Counted from the first letter of the stretch, positions 13,470 through 29,071 are shown. The stretch: DNA of 64,000 nt from the human T2T-CHM13v2.0 reference genome, Homo sapiens (GCF_009914755.1 NC_060935.1); one strand, 5' to 3'. The notes: generated from the letters alone by a model not told the origin. Numbers and translations are program-made.

Positions 13470-14400
13470 CATCCCATAGCAGATCTTGAGCAAGCCCAGT
13501 CTCACCTCTGGGACCTCTTGTTGCAATCAGAAAACTATCCCATCTGTGCAGGGACCCACAAGGATATGTGCATCCAGCAGAACTAATGAAACAGGCTCAC
13601 CAGCCTCTGTCTCACATCATATCCTGAGGGGGCCCTATTTTGGCTCCAGCTCCTCGCACTATAGTCCATGAACTACTCTGCCTGTGCAGGATCCTGCTGG
13701 GAAACACATGCCTGCCTTACTCAGTGAGATGGGCTTGACAGCCACCATCCTACAGGAGGGCCAAAAAGCCCCTTTATCAGCTCCATTTTCTCCTGCTGCA
13801 GTCAGAGGCCTATCTTACCTGTGCCAAGACCTCCTGAGAGACACACACCCATCTGAACCAAGGAGATGTACTCCCAACCTCCATTTCACAACAGATCACC
13901 AGGAGGCCCAGCTCACCTCCAGCCACACATGCTGTAGTCAGGAACCTCTCCTGCCTGTTTAAGGTGCTGCTGAGATACATGCACCCATCTGAGCCAAAGA
14001 GAAAGGCTCACAGTTAGCCATCCCACAGCAGATCCCAAAGGGGCCCTGTCTCAGCTCTGACCCTTTGTGCTGCAGTTGGAGACCACTCTCACTGGTGGAG
14101 AGACATGCTAGGAGATACATACCTATCTGATCCAAGGAGATGAGTGTACCAGCCTCTACCCGACAGCAGATTCTGAATGGGCCCTCATTCAGTTCCAAGC
14201 CCTTTCACTGCAGCTAGTGAACTATCCCACTTCTGCAGGGAGCTTCAGTGAGATGTATGCCTGGCAGAGCCAATGAAACAAGTCACCAGCCTCTGTCTCA
14301 TAGCAGATCCTGAGGGGGCCCAATCCCTGCTCCAACCTGTTTCACTGCCACTGAGGGACCATTCTGCCTCTAAAGAGTAGTGCTTGGGGGGTGTACCTGT
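13470..14400 (+). repeat. ~137-bp degenerate tandem monomer array (about 7 units) in the L1 5' UTR
   Basis: Anchor (ca)gcagatcc...gggccc recurs near 13480, 13619, 13755, 13892, 14029, 14167 and 14304. Confidence 0.8.
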
Positions 14401-16843
14401 GTGGGCCACTGGGAAAATCTCTGGCTCAAGTTTCTGGCCAGCTTTCCCACAAAGCTGAGGTACCCCCACCTTGAGTTTTCCCCAGATCCATTTGGGCCAG
14501 AAAAATCATGCTGACCACAGAGCCTTTGCAAGACTTGTGGCAAACCTGTGCTTAGAGCACCAGAGCACCCTCTAGGGTTTAGACGGCTGCAGTGGTGACA
14601 GGCTCTGGCAACACAACGAACTGGTTAAAACCTCTAGAAGGCCCAATGAGAAGAATGAGCACAGGCAAAACCAGATTTTGAAGTTTGGAATAAATACATA
14701 ATCCCTCGAGGTGCATGCAATATCACACATCCACAAGAATCAACATTAAAAGAAGTATGATGTCACTAAAGCATCAAAACAAAGCACCAGAGACTGACCC
14801 TGAATTATTGAAGATGTGTGATCTCTTAGAAAATAAAATCGAAGTAGCTGTTTTAAGGAAACTCAATAAAATTCAAGAAAACACAAAGAAATAGTCCAGA
14901 AACTCATCAGAGAAATTCAGTAGAGATAATAATAAAAAATAGGATATTGGAGCTGAAAAAAGACAATGAGCAAAATGAAAAATACAATAGAAACAATCAA
15001 CTGTAGAGTCAAAAAAAAAACAGAAGAAAGAATCATTTAACTTGAACATAAGCTATTTGAAAATACATATATATTGTAATCAGACTCTCAAAGGTCAAAG
15101 ACAAAGAGAGGATTCTGATAGATGTGAAAGAAAAGAGGCAAACATGTAAGAGTGTTCAAATACCCTTGGCAACAGACTTCTCAGCAGAAACCTTGCAGGC
15201 CAGGAGGGAGTGGGAACATATAGTTAGGGTGCTGAAACAAAGAAACAGAAAACACTGTCAGCCACTAGTACAGCACCGGGGAAAGCTGTCTTCAGAAATA
15301 AAGTAGCAATAAATACCTTCCACTCAAACAAACTAAAGGAATTTATTACTATCAGACCCGTTCTACAAGTAATGCAAAAAAAAAAAAAAAAAAAAAAAGG
15401 GTTGGGGGAGTTCTCTAAACTGAAAAAAAGGATGCTATCATGTAATAAGAAAACCTGAAGTTATAAAAGTATACCTGAAGACATAAAAGCCATTGGTAAA
15501 ATAAGATATATGGACAAAATATATTTACTTTAATACTTTACTACTGTAATCATTGTGTGTAAAGCATATCTTTAGTATAAAGACTAAATACAAAACTACT
15601 AAAGTATTTATATTAATTTGTTATGAAATAAATAATATAAGAAAATATAAAATGTAATACCAAAAAATTTAAAGGACAAAATGAAGTTCAATATGCATTT
15701 TTTTGTTATTTGCTTTTCTTTGCATTCAAAGTTAAGTTGTTATCAGTTTAAAATAACTTGCTATGATAATAGAATACTTTTTGTAAACCTGATGATAACC
15801 ATAAAACAAACACCTATAAAAGACACTAAAAATAAAAAGGGAGGAATTGAAACATACCATGTGAGAAAAAAACACTTACGCACAAGGAAAGACAATAAGA
15901 GAGAAAGGAAGAAAGGGTTTACAAAAGTACTAGAAGACAAGCAACAAAATGGCTGTAGTGAGTTCTTACCCATCAGTAGTTACCTTGAATAGAAATAGAT
16001 TAAATTCTCCAATTAGAGGGCACAGAACAGCTAAACTGATTTTTTAAAAATTATATGCTGTCTACAAAAAACTCACTTCATCTTTTAACACTCTGTTAAA
16101 AACATTGAGACTAAAAGTGAAGAGATGGAATAAGATATTCCATGCAAACAGAAACCAAAAGAAGGCAGAAGTAGCTATACTTATATCAGGTAAAATAGAC
16201 TTTAAGTCAAAAACTGGAAAAAGAGACAAAGAAGGTCCTTATGTAATGATGAAGGGGACATTACAGGGAAAGGATTTAGCAATTATAAATATGTATGCAG
16301 TCCATATGAGAACACTTAAATATATACGGAAAATATTAATAGATCTAATGACAGAGTTAGACCACAATAAATAGGGGATTTTAACACCCCATTTTTAGCA
16401 ATAGATCATTCAGAAAAAATGTCTACAAAGAAAGATTAGTGTTAAACTACATTCTAAACACAATAGAACTAATAGACATTTAAAGAACATTCCATCCAAC
16501 AGCCTCAGAATGCACATTACTCTCAACAGCACATGGAACATTCTGCAGAATAGACCATGTTAGACCACAAAACAAGTCATAAGGAAGTTTAAAAAATCAA
16601 GTTGTATTAAGTACCCTCTCTGACCCCAGTGGACTAAAGTTAGAAATTAATAACAGGAGGAACTTTAGAATCTATACAATACATGGAAATAAACAACATG
16701 CTCTGCAATAACCAATAGCTCAATGAATAAATTAAGAAAATTAACAAAAATATTTTGAGACAAATAAAAAGGGAAACACAAAATAACGAAACCTATGGGA
16801 TATAGCAAAATCTCTAAATGTATAAATGACTAAAAATGTACAA

Positions 16844-17190
16844 TGATATGGTTTGTGTCCCCACCCGAATCTCATCTTCAATTCCCACATGTTGTGGGAG
16901 GGACCAAGTGCGAGGTAATTGAATCATGGGGGCAGGTCTTTCCTGTCCTGTTCTTGTGAAAGTGAGTAAGTCTCACAAGATCTGATGGTTGCTGTAACAG
17001 GGAGTTTTCCAGCACAAGCTCTCTTCGCCTTATCCACGTAAGATGTGACTTGCTCCTCCTTGCGTTCTGCCATGATTGTGAGGTTTCCCCAGCCACGTGG
17101 AACTGTGAGTTCTCCACTAAACCTCTTTCCTTTGCAAAGTGCCCAGTCTTTGGTGTGTCTTTATCAGCAGCATGAAAATGGACTAATACA
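16844..17190 (+). mobile_element. THE1B-like solo LTR inserted in L1 ORF2
   Basis: tgatatggtttgtgtccccaccc...ctttatcagcagcatgaaaatggactaataca, with TG...CA ends. Confidence 0.93.
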
Positions 17191-20100
17191 ATCAATGAAG
17201 CAACAAGTGTGTTGTTTGAAAAGATAAACAAAATAAATTTACCAGCCTTCTGCTAAACTAAGGAAAAAAGAGAGAAGACCCAAATAAATAAAATCAGGAA
17301 TGACAAAGGAGTCATTATAAATTATACCATGGAAATATACAGAATCATGAGGGACTACTATGAATATATATCAACAAATTGGAAAACCTGAATGAAGAAG
17401 GCAAATTCCTGGACACAAACAACTTACTAAGATTGTTATGAGGAATTGAATACCTGAACAAACCAATAAAGAGTGCCAAGATTGAATCAGTATTAGAAAA
17501 GTCTCCAATCAAAGGAAAGCTCAAGACCTAATTAATGGCTTCCTGCTGCATTCCACCACACACCTAAAGAAGAACTAATACCAATTCTTCTCAAACTATT
17601 CCAAAAAACTGAAGGAGAGGGAATTATTCGAAATTAATTCTAAGAGCCTAGCATTGTCCTGATATCCAAACCAGAAAAGAACACAACACAAAAAGAAAAC
17701 TATAGGCCAATATCACAATCCTCAACAAAATACCAGCAAACCAAATCTCACAGCATATCAAAAAGATTACTCCCCTCGTAAAGTGGGATTCATCCCAGGG
17801 ATGCAAAGATGGTTCAACAAATGCAAGTTAATAACTGTAATACATCATATTTACAGAACGAAGGACAAAAATCATATGACTAATAGAAAAGGCATTTGAT
17901 AACATTAAACATCCATTTTGTGATAAACGCTCTCAACAAATTATGTATAGAAGGAACATACCTCAGCATAATAAAGCACATATATGACAAATCCACAGCT
18001 AATATTATATAAGAACAGGGAAAAGTTGAAAGCTTTTCCTGTCAAATCTGAAACAAGAAAATGTTGCCTACTTTCACCACATTTATTTAACAGAATAATG
18101 GAAAGCCCAGCCAGACTGTTAAGCAAGAGAAATAAATAAAGGACATCCAAATTGGAAAGGAGGAAATCAAATTATCCCTGTTTGCAGATGACATAATTTT
18201 ATATAGAGAAAAAGCTAAAGACTACACCAAAAAACTGTTAGAATGAGTAAACAAATTTAGTAATGCAGAAGGATATAAAACCAACATATAAATCTCAGTA
18301 GCTTTTCTGTATGCTAATAGTGAACAATCTGACAAAAAAATATAGCAATCCCATTACAATAGATATCAACAAAAATAAAACGTATATAAAAATTTAATCA
18401 AGGAAGGAAAAGATCTCTATGATGGAAAGCTACAAAGTATTGATGAAAGAAGTTTAGGACACAAATACATGAAAAAGATACCATGTTCATGAATTGGAAG
18501 AATTAATGTAGCTAAACTGTCCATAATTTCCAAAGCAATCTACAGTCACAAAACACCCAAGACATTCTTCACAGACACATAAAAAATCCTAAAATTTGTA
18601 TGAAACAAAAATAACTGTGAATAGCATAAGCAATTTTGAGAAAAAGGAACAAATCTGTAAGCATCACATGATCTGACTTCAAAATATAGTACAAAGCTAT
18701 AGTAACCAAAACAGCATGATACCAGCATAAAGAGAGCAGCATAGAGAACCCAGACAATCCAAGGATTTACAGCCAATTGATTTTTGACAAGAACAAGGAT
18801 GGGAAAAGGACAGTCTCTCCAATAAACAGTGCTGAGGAAACTATATATCCACACACAGAAGGATGAAACTAGATACCTATTACTCTGTACTTACAAAAAT
18901 CAACTCAGAAAGGAATAGACTTAAATGTAAGATCCTAAAGTATGAAACTCTTAAAAGAAAAAATATACAGAAAACATTTATTTTGTGATATTGGTCTAGG
19001 CAAGTTTTTTTGATAAAACCTCAAAAGCACAGGCAACAAAATAAAAACAGACAAATGGAATAATATCAAATTAAAAACCTCTGCACAGAAAAGGAAAAAA
19101 TAGAGTGAAGAAATAATCTACATTATCTACATAATGCAATAAAATATGCTCAAACTATAAATCTGAAAAGGGTTAATATCTAGAATATATAAGGAACTCA
19201 AACATTTAAATAGCAAAAAAATCAAATAATGACTTAAAAAAGGCCAAAACATATGGATAGACATTTCACAAAAGAAGACACGCAAATGGCCTACAAGTAT
19301 ATTAAAAAACGCTCAACATTAATACTAATTAGGGAAATCTAAATCAAAGCCACTATGAGATATAATCTCAGTCCAGTTAGAATGATTGTTATTAAAATGA
19401 CAAAAAAAAAATGACATGAATGTGGAGAAAGGGGAACTCTAGTATACTTTTGTGGGAATGTAAATTCATACAGCCATTATGAAAAATAGTATGGAGGTTT
19501 GCCCCCAAATTAAAAATGGAACTAACATTTGATCTTGCAATCCCACTACTGGGCGTATAGCCAAAAGAAATGAAATTGGTTTGTCAAAGAGATATCTGCT
19601 CATCTATACTCATTGCAACAGTATTAACAAGAGCCAAAATATGAAATCAACCCGTGTCCATAAATGAATGAAAGGATAAATAAAATATGGTATATTTACA
19701 CAATGAAATACTATTTAGCCATAAAAATAATGAAATGCTGCCATTTGCAGCAACATGGATGAGCCTGGAAGACATTATGTTAAATGAAATAAACTAGGCA
19801 CAGAAAAACAAATACCTCATTATCTCACTCATATGTGAAATCTAAAAAAGTAGAGAGTTGAATAATGGTGACCAGAGGCTGGAAAAGTAAAGGATATGGA
19901 AGGATAAGGAGAGGTTGGTTAATGGGTATAAAGTTACAGTTATGAAGGAGGAATAAGTTCTAGTGTTGCATTACACATTAGGGTGACTATAGTTAACAAT
20001 AAAACATTATATATTTCAAAATAGCTACAAAAGGATTTTGAATGTTCTCACTAAAAAGAAATGATAAATGTCTGAGTTGATGTGTAATTAGCACATTTTT

Positions 20101-20839
20101 ATGGGGTACAGTGTGATGTTTTAGTACATGTGTACATTGCACAGCATCAGCAATATGCAATGTATGCATGTATTAAAACATACTGTACCCCACAAAATGT
20201 ACAAGTATTATGTGTAAATTTAAAATAAATACAATTTTTTTCAAGAGAAAAAACTTTATTTCTCCTAAAGTATGTGCTGAACACAAAAATATACCTATTT
20301 ATCATGGTAGGAGTTTTATACAACAAGTTGGCAAGGTTGTTATTTAATGCCACCACTAATTCACTAAAATATTAAGTAATTGGTCCTAATCACTAGACCT
20401 GTAGGTGATGGAACAGGACCATTAGCCCTGCTATCTAGGCTCCTAAGTCCACAATCTTTTCCCAATACCATCTCAAAAATACCTTCTTGACAATTCTCAG
20501 GGGAGTTTATTAGAAGAGTTAACTTTAATGAGGTAATTATCAGGAGTTTGGTCAAAAAGCTCTAATAGGATGAAAGTAAGTCTGTTTGAAATGACTAAAG
20601 GAGCATGAAAGAATGCCAACTATTCTCATTCCATGTAATGGAAAAGCATTGTCAGCTTCTTTTGTGTTTTAAACTGCACAATAGATATGACAAATTTGAA
20701 AAACAAAGGAAAGAAGGAGATGCCCTGAGGGTAAGAGTTAGAGTCATTGCAACTGGTTTGAACAGATGATTGAAATTAAAAAAAAAAAAGCTGGGAAAAG
20801 AGTGTTAATGAAAGAAGTACAGCATAAAGATGCAGGATA

Positions 20840-20990
20840 AATCTGGAGTCCTTGATTATAATCATACTCTACCACCAAATCTGTACGGCCTTAGCAGATT
20901 AATGTGCTTCTGTAAGCTCCAATTCCTTATTGTGTAAGTTTAAATTGTTGAGCTAGATGGTCTCTAAGGCCCATTATAGCTTTAATGTAC
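20840..20990 (+). mobile_element. MIR3-like SINE fragment
   Basis: Core-like ggccttagcagattaatgtgcttctgtaagctccaattccttattgtgtaa plus tail ctagatggtctctaaggccc. Confidence 0.6.
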
Positions 20991-21313
20991 TATGAACTCC
21001 TTTAGGAGTCAATAATACAGGACTAACACGTTTAGGAGTCAATAATAGAGGACTAACAATAAATACACAGTAACATCATTTTCTTGCTTAAAAATTTTCA
21101 GTCAGTCTCTATTGTATAGCACTGTCATTTAGAATTTGCTTAATTTCTCTGAGTTGTAATTTTCTTCAATTTTGTGAATATTTAAGATGTTTATAAAAGT
21201 ATATCACAATATTCAGGAAATGGTAAGCATTCAATAAACATTGTCTGTCACCATTTTTTGCCTTATATATCATACTGAAGAAACACAAACTGCTTATGGT
21301 TATCTTCTGTCCT

Positions 21314-23025
<1,712 letters not shown>

Positions 23026-24006
23026 TAAAATACATATATAAAAGTAAGAATAAAGCTTTCATTAAATAAAAGGCATAGAAAATATATTAAAATGACCCTT
23101 CAAAGGTCCAAAGTGATCCTGGGTCTTTATTTCTCACTCTTGACAAGTTAACATAAAATTTCTTACATTGGTTTTCCTCTTTAGTCTAAAAATTTGGCCC
23201 ATGAAGTTGTGTTGCGATGCCTGTTATTGTAAATATTTATGTGGCATTAAATAAAATCTTCGTAGCGAATACACGTTATTTAATGACACCATTTGCATGG
23301 AAAAATCAACAACTCTTACAGTAATAATCTCTTTACACAAATTTTACATATATTCTTGAGTTCACTGACACTTTAATTATCAAGTGGCATGTCTAGTCCC
23401 AAAGTAGAGAGTACGCATAATCAGTCAATTCACTTCATGTGTTGTCACTAATCTTAATACTGTACTCCACAACTTCAAAATCTGTCCTCTACCATTGTGG
23501 AGAGCAAGATAAAAGGTTTAATATACTTATCATTTAACATTTTGACTATTTTATTTTCTGGTGAATTTAAAACTTAAGGCAAATTTTTTGAAGAAGGAAT
23601 TTTCATTTATTTTAACAGAGATATCGATATCAGCATTTAGATATCTTTGACTTTTTCCTGTAAGAATAATCAATTAGCTTGATTTTACCTTTCATGGTCC
23701 ATTTAATTTCACATTGAAAGATTTCTTTTCTTGCCCCCCTACTACGCTGCTCCTTGTGGTGATTATGTCAAACAAGCATCTATTTTTCTATTTCTGGACA
23801 CCATAAGACTACAAAGTTATTTATTTGGTTGATTGTTTGATGCTCCATCCCCCTTCAAGCCCCACCAAAACGATACGATGTAGCTTATGAGATTATTTAG
23901 GTGTAGTGGATCTAGCCTTGGAAACAGCATTTTTTCCCCATAGAACTAAATTTCAAGAGGAATTTAATACATGGTCCATTTGAAATGAACAACAAAATAG
24001 AAAATA

Positions 24007-26074
24007 CAGACATACCTTGGAGATACTGCAGGTTTGGTTCCAGACAACCACAATAAAGAAAAGGTCATATGAAAGTAAGTCACACACATTTTCTGGTTTT
24101 TCAGTGCATATACATTTATCTTTATATGATACTGTAGTCTATTAAGTGTTCAAGTCTTTAAAAAGTACATACGTTCATTAAAAATACTTCATAGCTAAAA
24201 ATGCTAGTGATTATCTGGGCCTTTAGTGAGTCATAATTTTTTGCTGGTGAGAAGTTTTGCCTCAATATTGATGGCTGCTGACTAATCATGGCAGTAGTTG
24301 CTGAAGGCTGGGGTAGCTGTGGTAATTTCTTAAAATAAGACAAGGAACTTTGCCACATTGATTGAGTCTTCCTTTAACAAAAGAGTTCTCTGTAGCATGT
24401 GGTGCTGATTGATAGCATTTTACCCACAATAGAACATCCTTCAAAATTGGAGTCAATTCTCTCAAACCCTGTCCCTGCTTTACTGACTAAGTTTATGTAA
24501 TTCTCTAAATCCTTAGTTCTCATTTCAACAGTTTTCACAGTATCTTCACTGGGACTGAATTCCATCTCAAGAAACCACTTTTTTTGCTCATTCACAAGAA
24601 GCAACTCCTTATTCATTCAAGTTTTATCATGACATTGTAGCAATTTTGTAACATCTTTAGACTCCATTTTTAATTCTAGTTTTCTTCCTATTTCCATAAC
24701 ACATGCAGTTATTTCTTTTATTGAAGTCTTGAATCCCTCAAAGTCATCTATAAGGGTTGGAGTTAACTTCTTCTGAACTCCTGTTAATAACGATATTTTA
24801 ACATTTGCCCGTGAATCACAGATGTTCTTAATGGCATCTAGAATGATGAATCCTTTTAGAAGGTTTCCAATTTCCATTGCTTGGATCCATCAGCGGAATA
24901 ACTGCTATTTATGGCAGCTATAGCCTTATAATATGTATTTCTTAAATAATGACTTGTAGGTTGAAATTACTTCTTGATCCATGGGCTGAAAAATGGATGT
25001 TGTTTAGCAGGCATGAAAACATTAATCTCCCTGTACATCTCCATCAGAGCTCTTGCTTGACTAGGTGCATTATTGATGAGTAGTAATATTTTAAAATAAA
25101 ATTATTTTTTTCTGAGAAGTAGGTTCCAATGGTGGGTTAAAAATATTCAGTAAACTATGCTGTAAACAGATATGTTGTGATCTAGGCTTTGTTGTTCCAC
25201 TTATAGGCACAGGCAGAGTAGATTTAGCATAATTCTTAAGGGCTTAAGGGCCCTAGAATTTTTGGAATATTAGCAGGGCATTGGCTTCAACTTAAAGTCA
25301 TCAGCTGTGTTAGCCCCTAACAAGAGAATCAGCCTATCCTTTTAGCCTTTTAAATCAGGCATTGAATTTCATCTATTCTCTTCATTAGACCTTCTGAATA
25401 TCTGAATAACTTGCTGCAGCTTCTACATCAGCACTTTCTTCTTCACCTTACAATTCTATGTTATGGAGACAGCTTCTTTCCTTAAACCTTGTGAACCAAC
25501 TTCTAATAACTTCACACTTTTCTTCTGCAGCTTCTTCACCTCTCTCAGGCTTTGTAGAACGGAAGAAAGTTAGGACCTTTCTCTTGATTTCTCTTTAGCT
25601 TGAGACAATGTGGCTGGTTTGGTCTTCTATTCAGATTACTAAAACTTTCTCCATATCAGCAATAAGGTTATTTTACTTCCTTATAATTCATATGTTCACT
25701 GGAGTAACACTTTTAATTTCTTTCAAGAACTTTTCCTTTGTTAACAGTATGGAATAAGAGGCCTTTCTTTCATTATTTATTGGCTTTCTTCATGCTTTCC
25801 TCACTAAGCTTAATCATTTGTAGCTTTTGATTTAAAGTGAGAGACATGCAACTCTTTCTTTCATCTGAACACTTAGAGGCCCTTGTAGGGTTATTAATTG
25901 GCTTAGTTTCAATACTATTTTGTCTCAGGGAATAAGAAGTCCAAAGAGGAGGGAGAGTCAGGGGAAGGGCTGGCTGGTGGAGTAGGCAGAACATACATAC
26001 ACAGTATTTATCAATTGAGTTCATGGTTTTTATTTGGGCAGGTGCCATAAAGCAAAGAAAATGAGGCATGCCTG
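24007..26074 (-). mobile_element. Tigger1 DNA transposon, both ends present, internal deletions
   Basis: ta|cagacatacc...ggcatgcctg|ta gives TIRs with a TA TSD. Transposase remnants: SKCSDERKSCMSLTLNQKLQMIKLSEE (25773-26084) and KGFIILDAIKNICDS (24617-24877). Confidence 0.95.
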
Positions 26075-26769
26075 TACCACACACCTTAATCTAAACAACC
26101 TATGTTTCTGCCATGACATGTGTGAAACCAATATTGCAGGAAAGAATATCTCAAATTTCTTCTTTGCCTATCATTTGGCTGACTTATCCACTCCATTTTT
26201 GGTCGTTGTCAACTGAACAAGCAATTGTATCTACCATCAATGAAGAAGTAAGTAAAAGTTATTTTGAGAGACAAATGTTTAGATTTTCATACTCCTTCCA
26301 TTTACATACCCCAAGAAATAAACTTGATAGTTTCCATGCTCCAAATTTTGTCTCAGCATTAAAGCACAGCCTTGAATTTCATGTGCTGGATGCTCTTGCT
26401 GGATAAAGCTGAACCTCTGACAGCCATGCAATGATGTACAGAATGAAATAGTATTCAGGAAATACTTCAGTACTGACAGGACCATCAAACTTAAGATGAG
26501 TATTTATTTTGTGTCAAATTATTTTATTGTAAAGTAATGAAATCAATTGATTGCTATTTTTCAGTATTTCTAAGAGGATATCAGTGGACTCACATGGAGT
26601 GAAGTGAAGTGAAGGGAACAGGTAAGATGTTAAATTTTGGGCAAACTTTATAGCAGTGTTCTAGGAGCAAGTATAAACTTGCAGAAGACATTTCTCTAGG
26701 TTGGTGATAAGAAGGGAAATCTTAGACACATGAGATGTATAAAAGTATGTGTTAATCTAAGTCGACAGA

Positions 26770-27270
26770 AAGTTCACAGGAATAGAAAAACAGGCAGAAT
26801 AGAATAGAATGCATAAAAATAGACCCAAATTAATATGGAAGTCTATCGAGTAGAAAAAAACGGCACCTCAAATCACTGAGTCACAATTGACTTTTTAATA
26901 GATGGTACTGGGACAATTAGTCATTTGGAATATAATTTTGATCCATCCTTTGGCCCGTCTTTAAGAATGCACTCTGAAAAGATCGGCAATGTAAGAGTAA
27001 GACATCACACCATGAAGGTAATGGAAGACAGCAACATTTGTAAATGTTTTATTCCCCTTTAAATAAAACAGGTTAAATTGCAGTGCATTCTTCTTTACAT
27101 AGGTGTAGAGAATGGCATTCTAACTGTAAATCAAAATCCAGATACAATTAAAAAATTGATAAATTTGAATACATATAATTTCTAAAAACACTTTTCATGA
27201 ACAAAAACAAAACCCACTACAAATGAAGTTAATTAAAAGACTGACAAACTGGGAGAATACATTTGCAACA
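26770..27270 (+). mobile_element. Old L1 (L1MD/ME) ORF2 fragment
   Basis: ttttaatagatggtactgggacaatt...aaactgggagaatacatttgcaaca. Confidence 0.7.
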
Positions 27271-27345
27271 TATATATATATATATATGTATGTATGTATA
27301 TATATACACACACACATATATGTATATATACACACATATATACAC

Positions 27346-27376
<31 letters not shown>

Positions 27377-27586
27377 CACATATATACATATACACACACA
27401 TACATATACATATATATGTATATACACATATGTGTATATACACTCATATATGTATATATACACATATGTATATATACACACATATATGTATATATACACA
27501 TATGTGTGTATATATGTATGTATATATGTGTGTATATCTATACACACACATATATATATACACACACATATATATACACATACATA
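27270..27586. repeat. ~315-bp compound (TA/CA/TG)n low-complexity tract
   Basis: Continuous alternating purine-pyrimidine tract; source of the stop-free ORFs in all six frames. Confidence 0.97.
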
Positions 27587-27709
27587 CAGGTGACAATTGA
27601 ATAACACAGGTTTGAACTGTGCAGGTCCACTTATATGTGTATTTTCTTCTGCCTCTGCCACCACCTAGACAACAAAACCAACCTCTCCTCTTCCTCTCCT
27701 CAGCCTACT
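27587..27709 (+). mobile_element. Tigger2a (MER28)-like terminal fragment
   Basis: ta|caggtgacaattgaataacacaggtttgaactgtgcaggtccacttata...ctcagcctact. Confidence 0.8.
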
Positions 27710-27809
27710 TTATGTTGATAATATTTGTATAAGAAAAAGAGACATTAGAACACAAACACATGTCTGTTCATTTGCATGGAAACAAATACAGGAAAAGTAA
27801 ACAGAGAGT

Positions 27810-28664
27810 TTGATAATTTGGTTGTTTCTAGGTTTTGGCTAATAAGAATAAAACTGCTGTGAAATGTTATATACAAATCTTTGGGTGTTTGCTTTTATTT
27901 ATATTTTTTTTAGGTGAATCCTACTAATCCAATGGCTAGAATGCATAGCATGCTTATGTTTAACTTTTGGAAAAATAGAAAAAATTTTTCTAAGGGCTTA
28001 TATCATTTTACATTCCAATTTGCAGTGTATTAAAGTTCCAGCCTGTCACCAACTCTTGTCACCATTCAACTGTAGGTATGTTAGCAGCTTGTAAAGCATT
28101 AACTTGTTGTAGTTTTAATTTGCATTTTCCTAATGGCTGATGTTGAGTAAATTTTTACATATTTATTTGCCATCTTAATATCTCCTTTTATAAGGTGTCT
28201 GTTGAAATATTTTTCCAGTTTTAATGTTGGCCTTTTTTACTTATTATTGAGTTGAAGTGTTCTGTTTAATATACTACAAATGTAAGTTCTTTGTGAAATG
28301 CATGTTTTGCAAATATGTTTTTTCCAGTCAATGGGTTTCTTCTTTCTCTTATCTAATGGAGTCTCCTAAAGGGAAAAACTTTTAAATTTTTATAAAGACC
28401 TATTTATTATTTTATGTTTTTATGTCCTATTGAAACATCTTTGCCAAATCCAAAATCTTCTGTTGTTTAAATCTAGATGTTTGATAGTTTTAGCTTTAGG
28501 TCTGTAATCTATTTTCAGTTAATTTTCATACATTCTATGAGGAAAGGTTTGAGATTTACTTTTTTATATATAGTTACTCAATACTTTGGGGGCAACTTAT
28601 TGGAAAGGTTATCTTTTCCCACATTGAATCACTTTAGTACTTTTGAACAAAAATCAGCTGACCA
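27810..28664 (-). mobile_element. Old L1M ORF2 3' fragment
   Basis: gttttaatttgcattttcctaatggctgatgttgag...ttattggaaaggttatcttttcccc. Confidence 0.8.
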
Positions 28665-29068
28665 CCAGGCCTGCTTTGCAAGAGCTCCTGAAGGAAGCAC
28701 TAAATATGGAAAGGAAAAACCATTATCAGCCACTGCAAAAGCTCACTGAAGTACACAGACCAATGACACTATGAAGCAACCACATAAACAACTCTGCATC
28801 ATAATAAACTAGCATCATGATGACAGGATAAAATTCACATGTAACAATAATAACCTTAAATGTAATTGGACTAAATGCCCCAATTAAAAAATTCGGAATG
28901 GCAAACTGGATAAAGTGTAAAGCCCCATCAGTGTGCTGTCTTCAAGAGACCCATCTCACATGCAAAGACACTCATAGGCTCAAAATAAAGGGATAGAGGA
29001 AAATTTATGATCAAATGAAAAAGAGAAAAAAGGAGGGATTGCAATCCCAGTCTCTGACAAAACAGACT
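28661..29068 (+). mobile_element. Internal primate L1 fragment (ORF1 end, spacer, ORF2 start) lacking a 3' end
   Basis: accaccaggcctgctttgcaagagctcctgaaggaagcactaaatatggaaagg...atgacagga...gtctctgacaaaacagact. Confidence 0.9.
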
Positions 29069-29071
29069 ACT

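Larger units (their letters stand above)
12945..20232 (+). mobile_element. Near full-length old L1 (L1MA4/5-type 3' end) with 5' UTR and decayed ORF1 and ORF2
   Basis: 5' start gtgacatcgagatgac. ORF1 remnant (15124-15306: LATDFSAETLQARREW), EN domain (16105-16374: WNKIFHANRNQKKAEVAILISGKIDFK), RT tttgcagatgacata at ~18181, L1MA 3' UTR. Many stops, frameshifts and internal deletions. Confidence 0.92.

Noticed and set aside
13470-14400. Regularly spaced repeats as a CRISPR-like array
   Set aside because: The whole unit is repeated and degenerate, with no unique spacers and no cas genes; it lies in a primate L1 5' UTR.
17084-17096. PRDM9 hotspot motif in THE1B
   Set aside because: The site reads TTTCCCCAGCCAC, not CCTCCCTNNCCAC.
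24007-26074. Domesticated Tigger transposase gene (TIGD-like)
   Set aside because: The ORF is broken by stops and deletions and the element keeps its TIRs and TSD, so it is an ordinary decayed Tigger1.
27195-27664. Six overlapping ORFs rich in Y/I/H/T/C/V (also near 720, 4219 and 54537)
   Set aside because: These translate alternating purine-pyrimidine microsatellites, which rarely contain stop codons.
28661-29068. Apparent segmental duplicate of 63251-63650
   Set aside because: Same L1 ORF1/ORF2 region, but the inter-ORF spacers differ and there are many substitutions, so these are independent L1 subfamilies.
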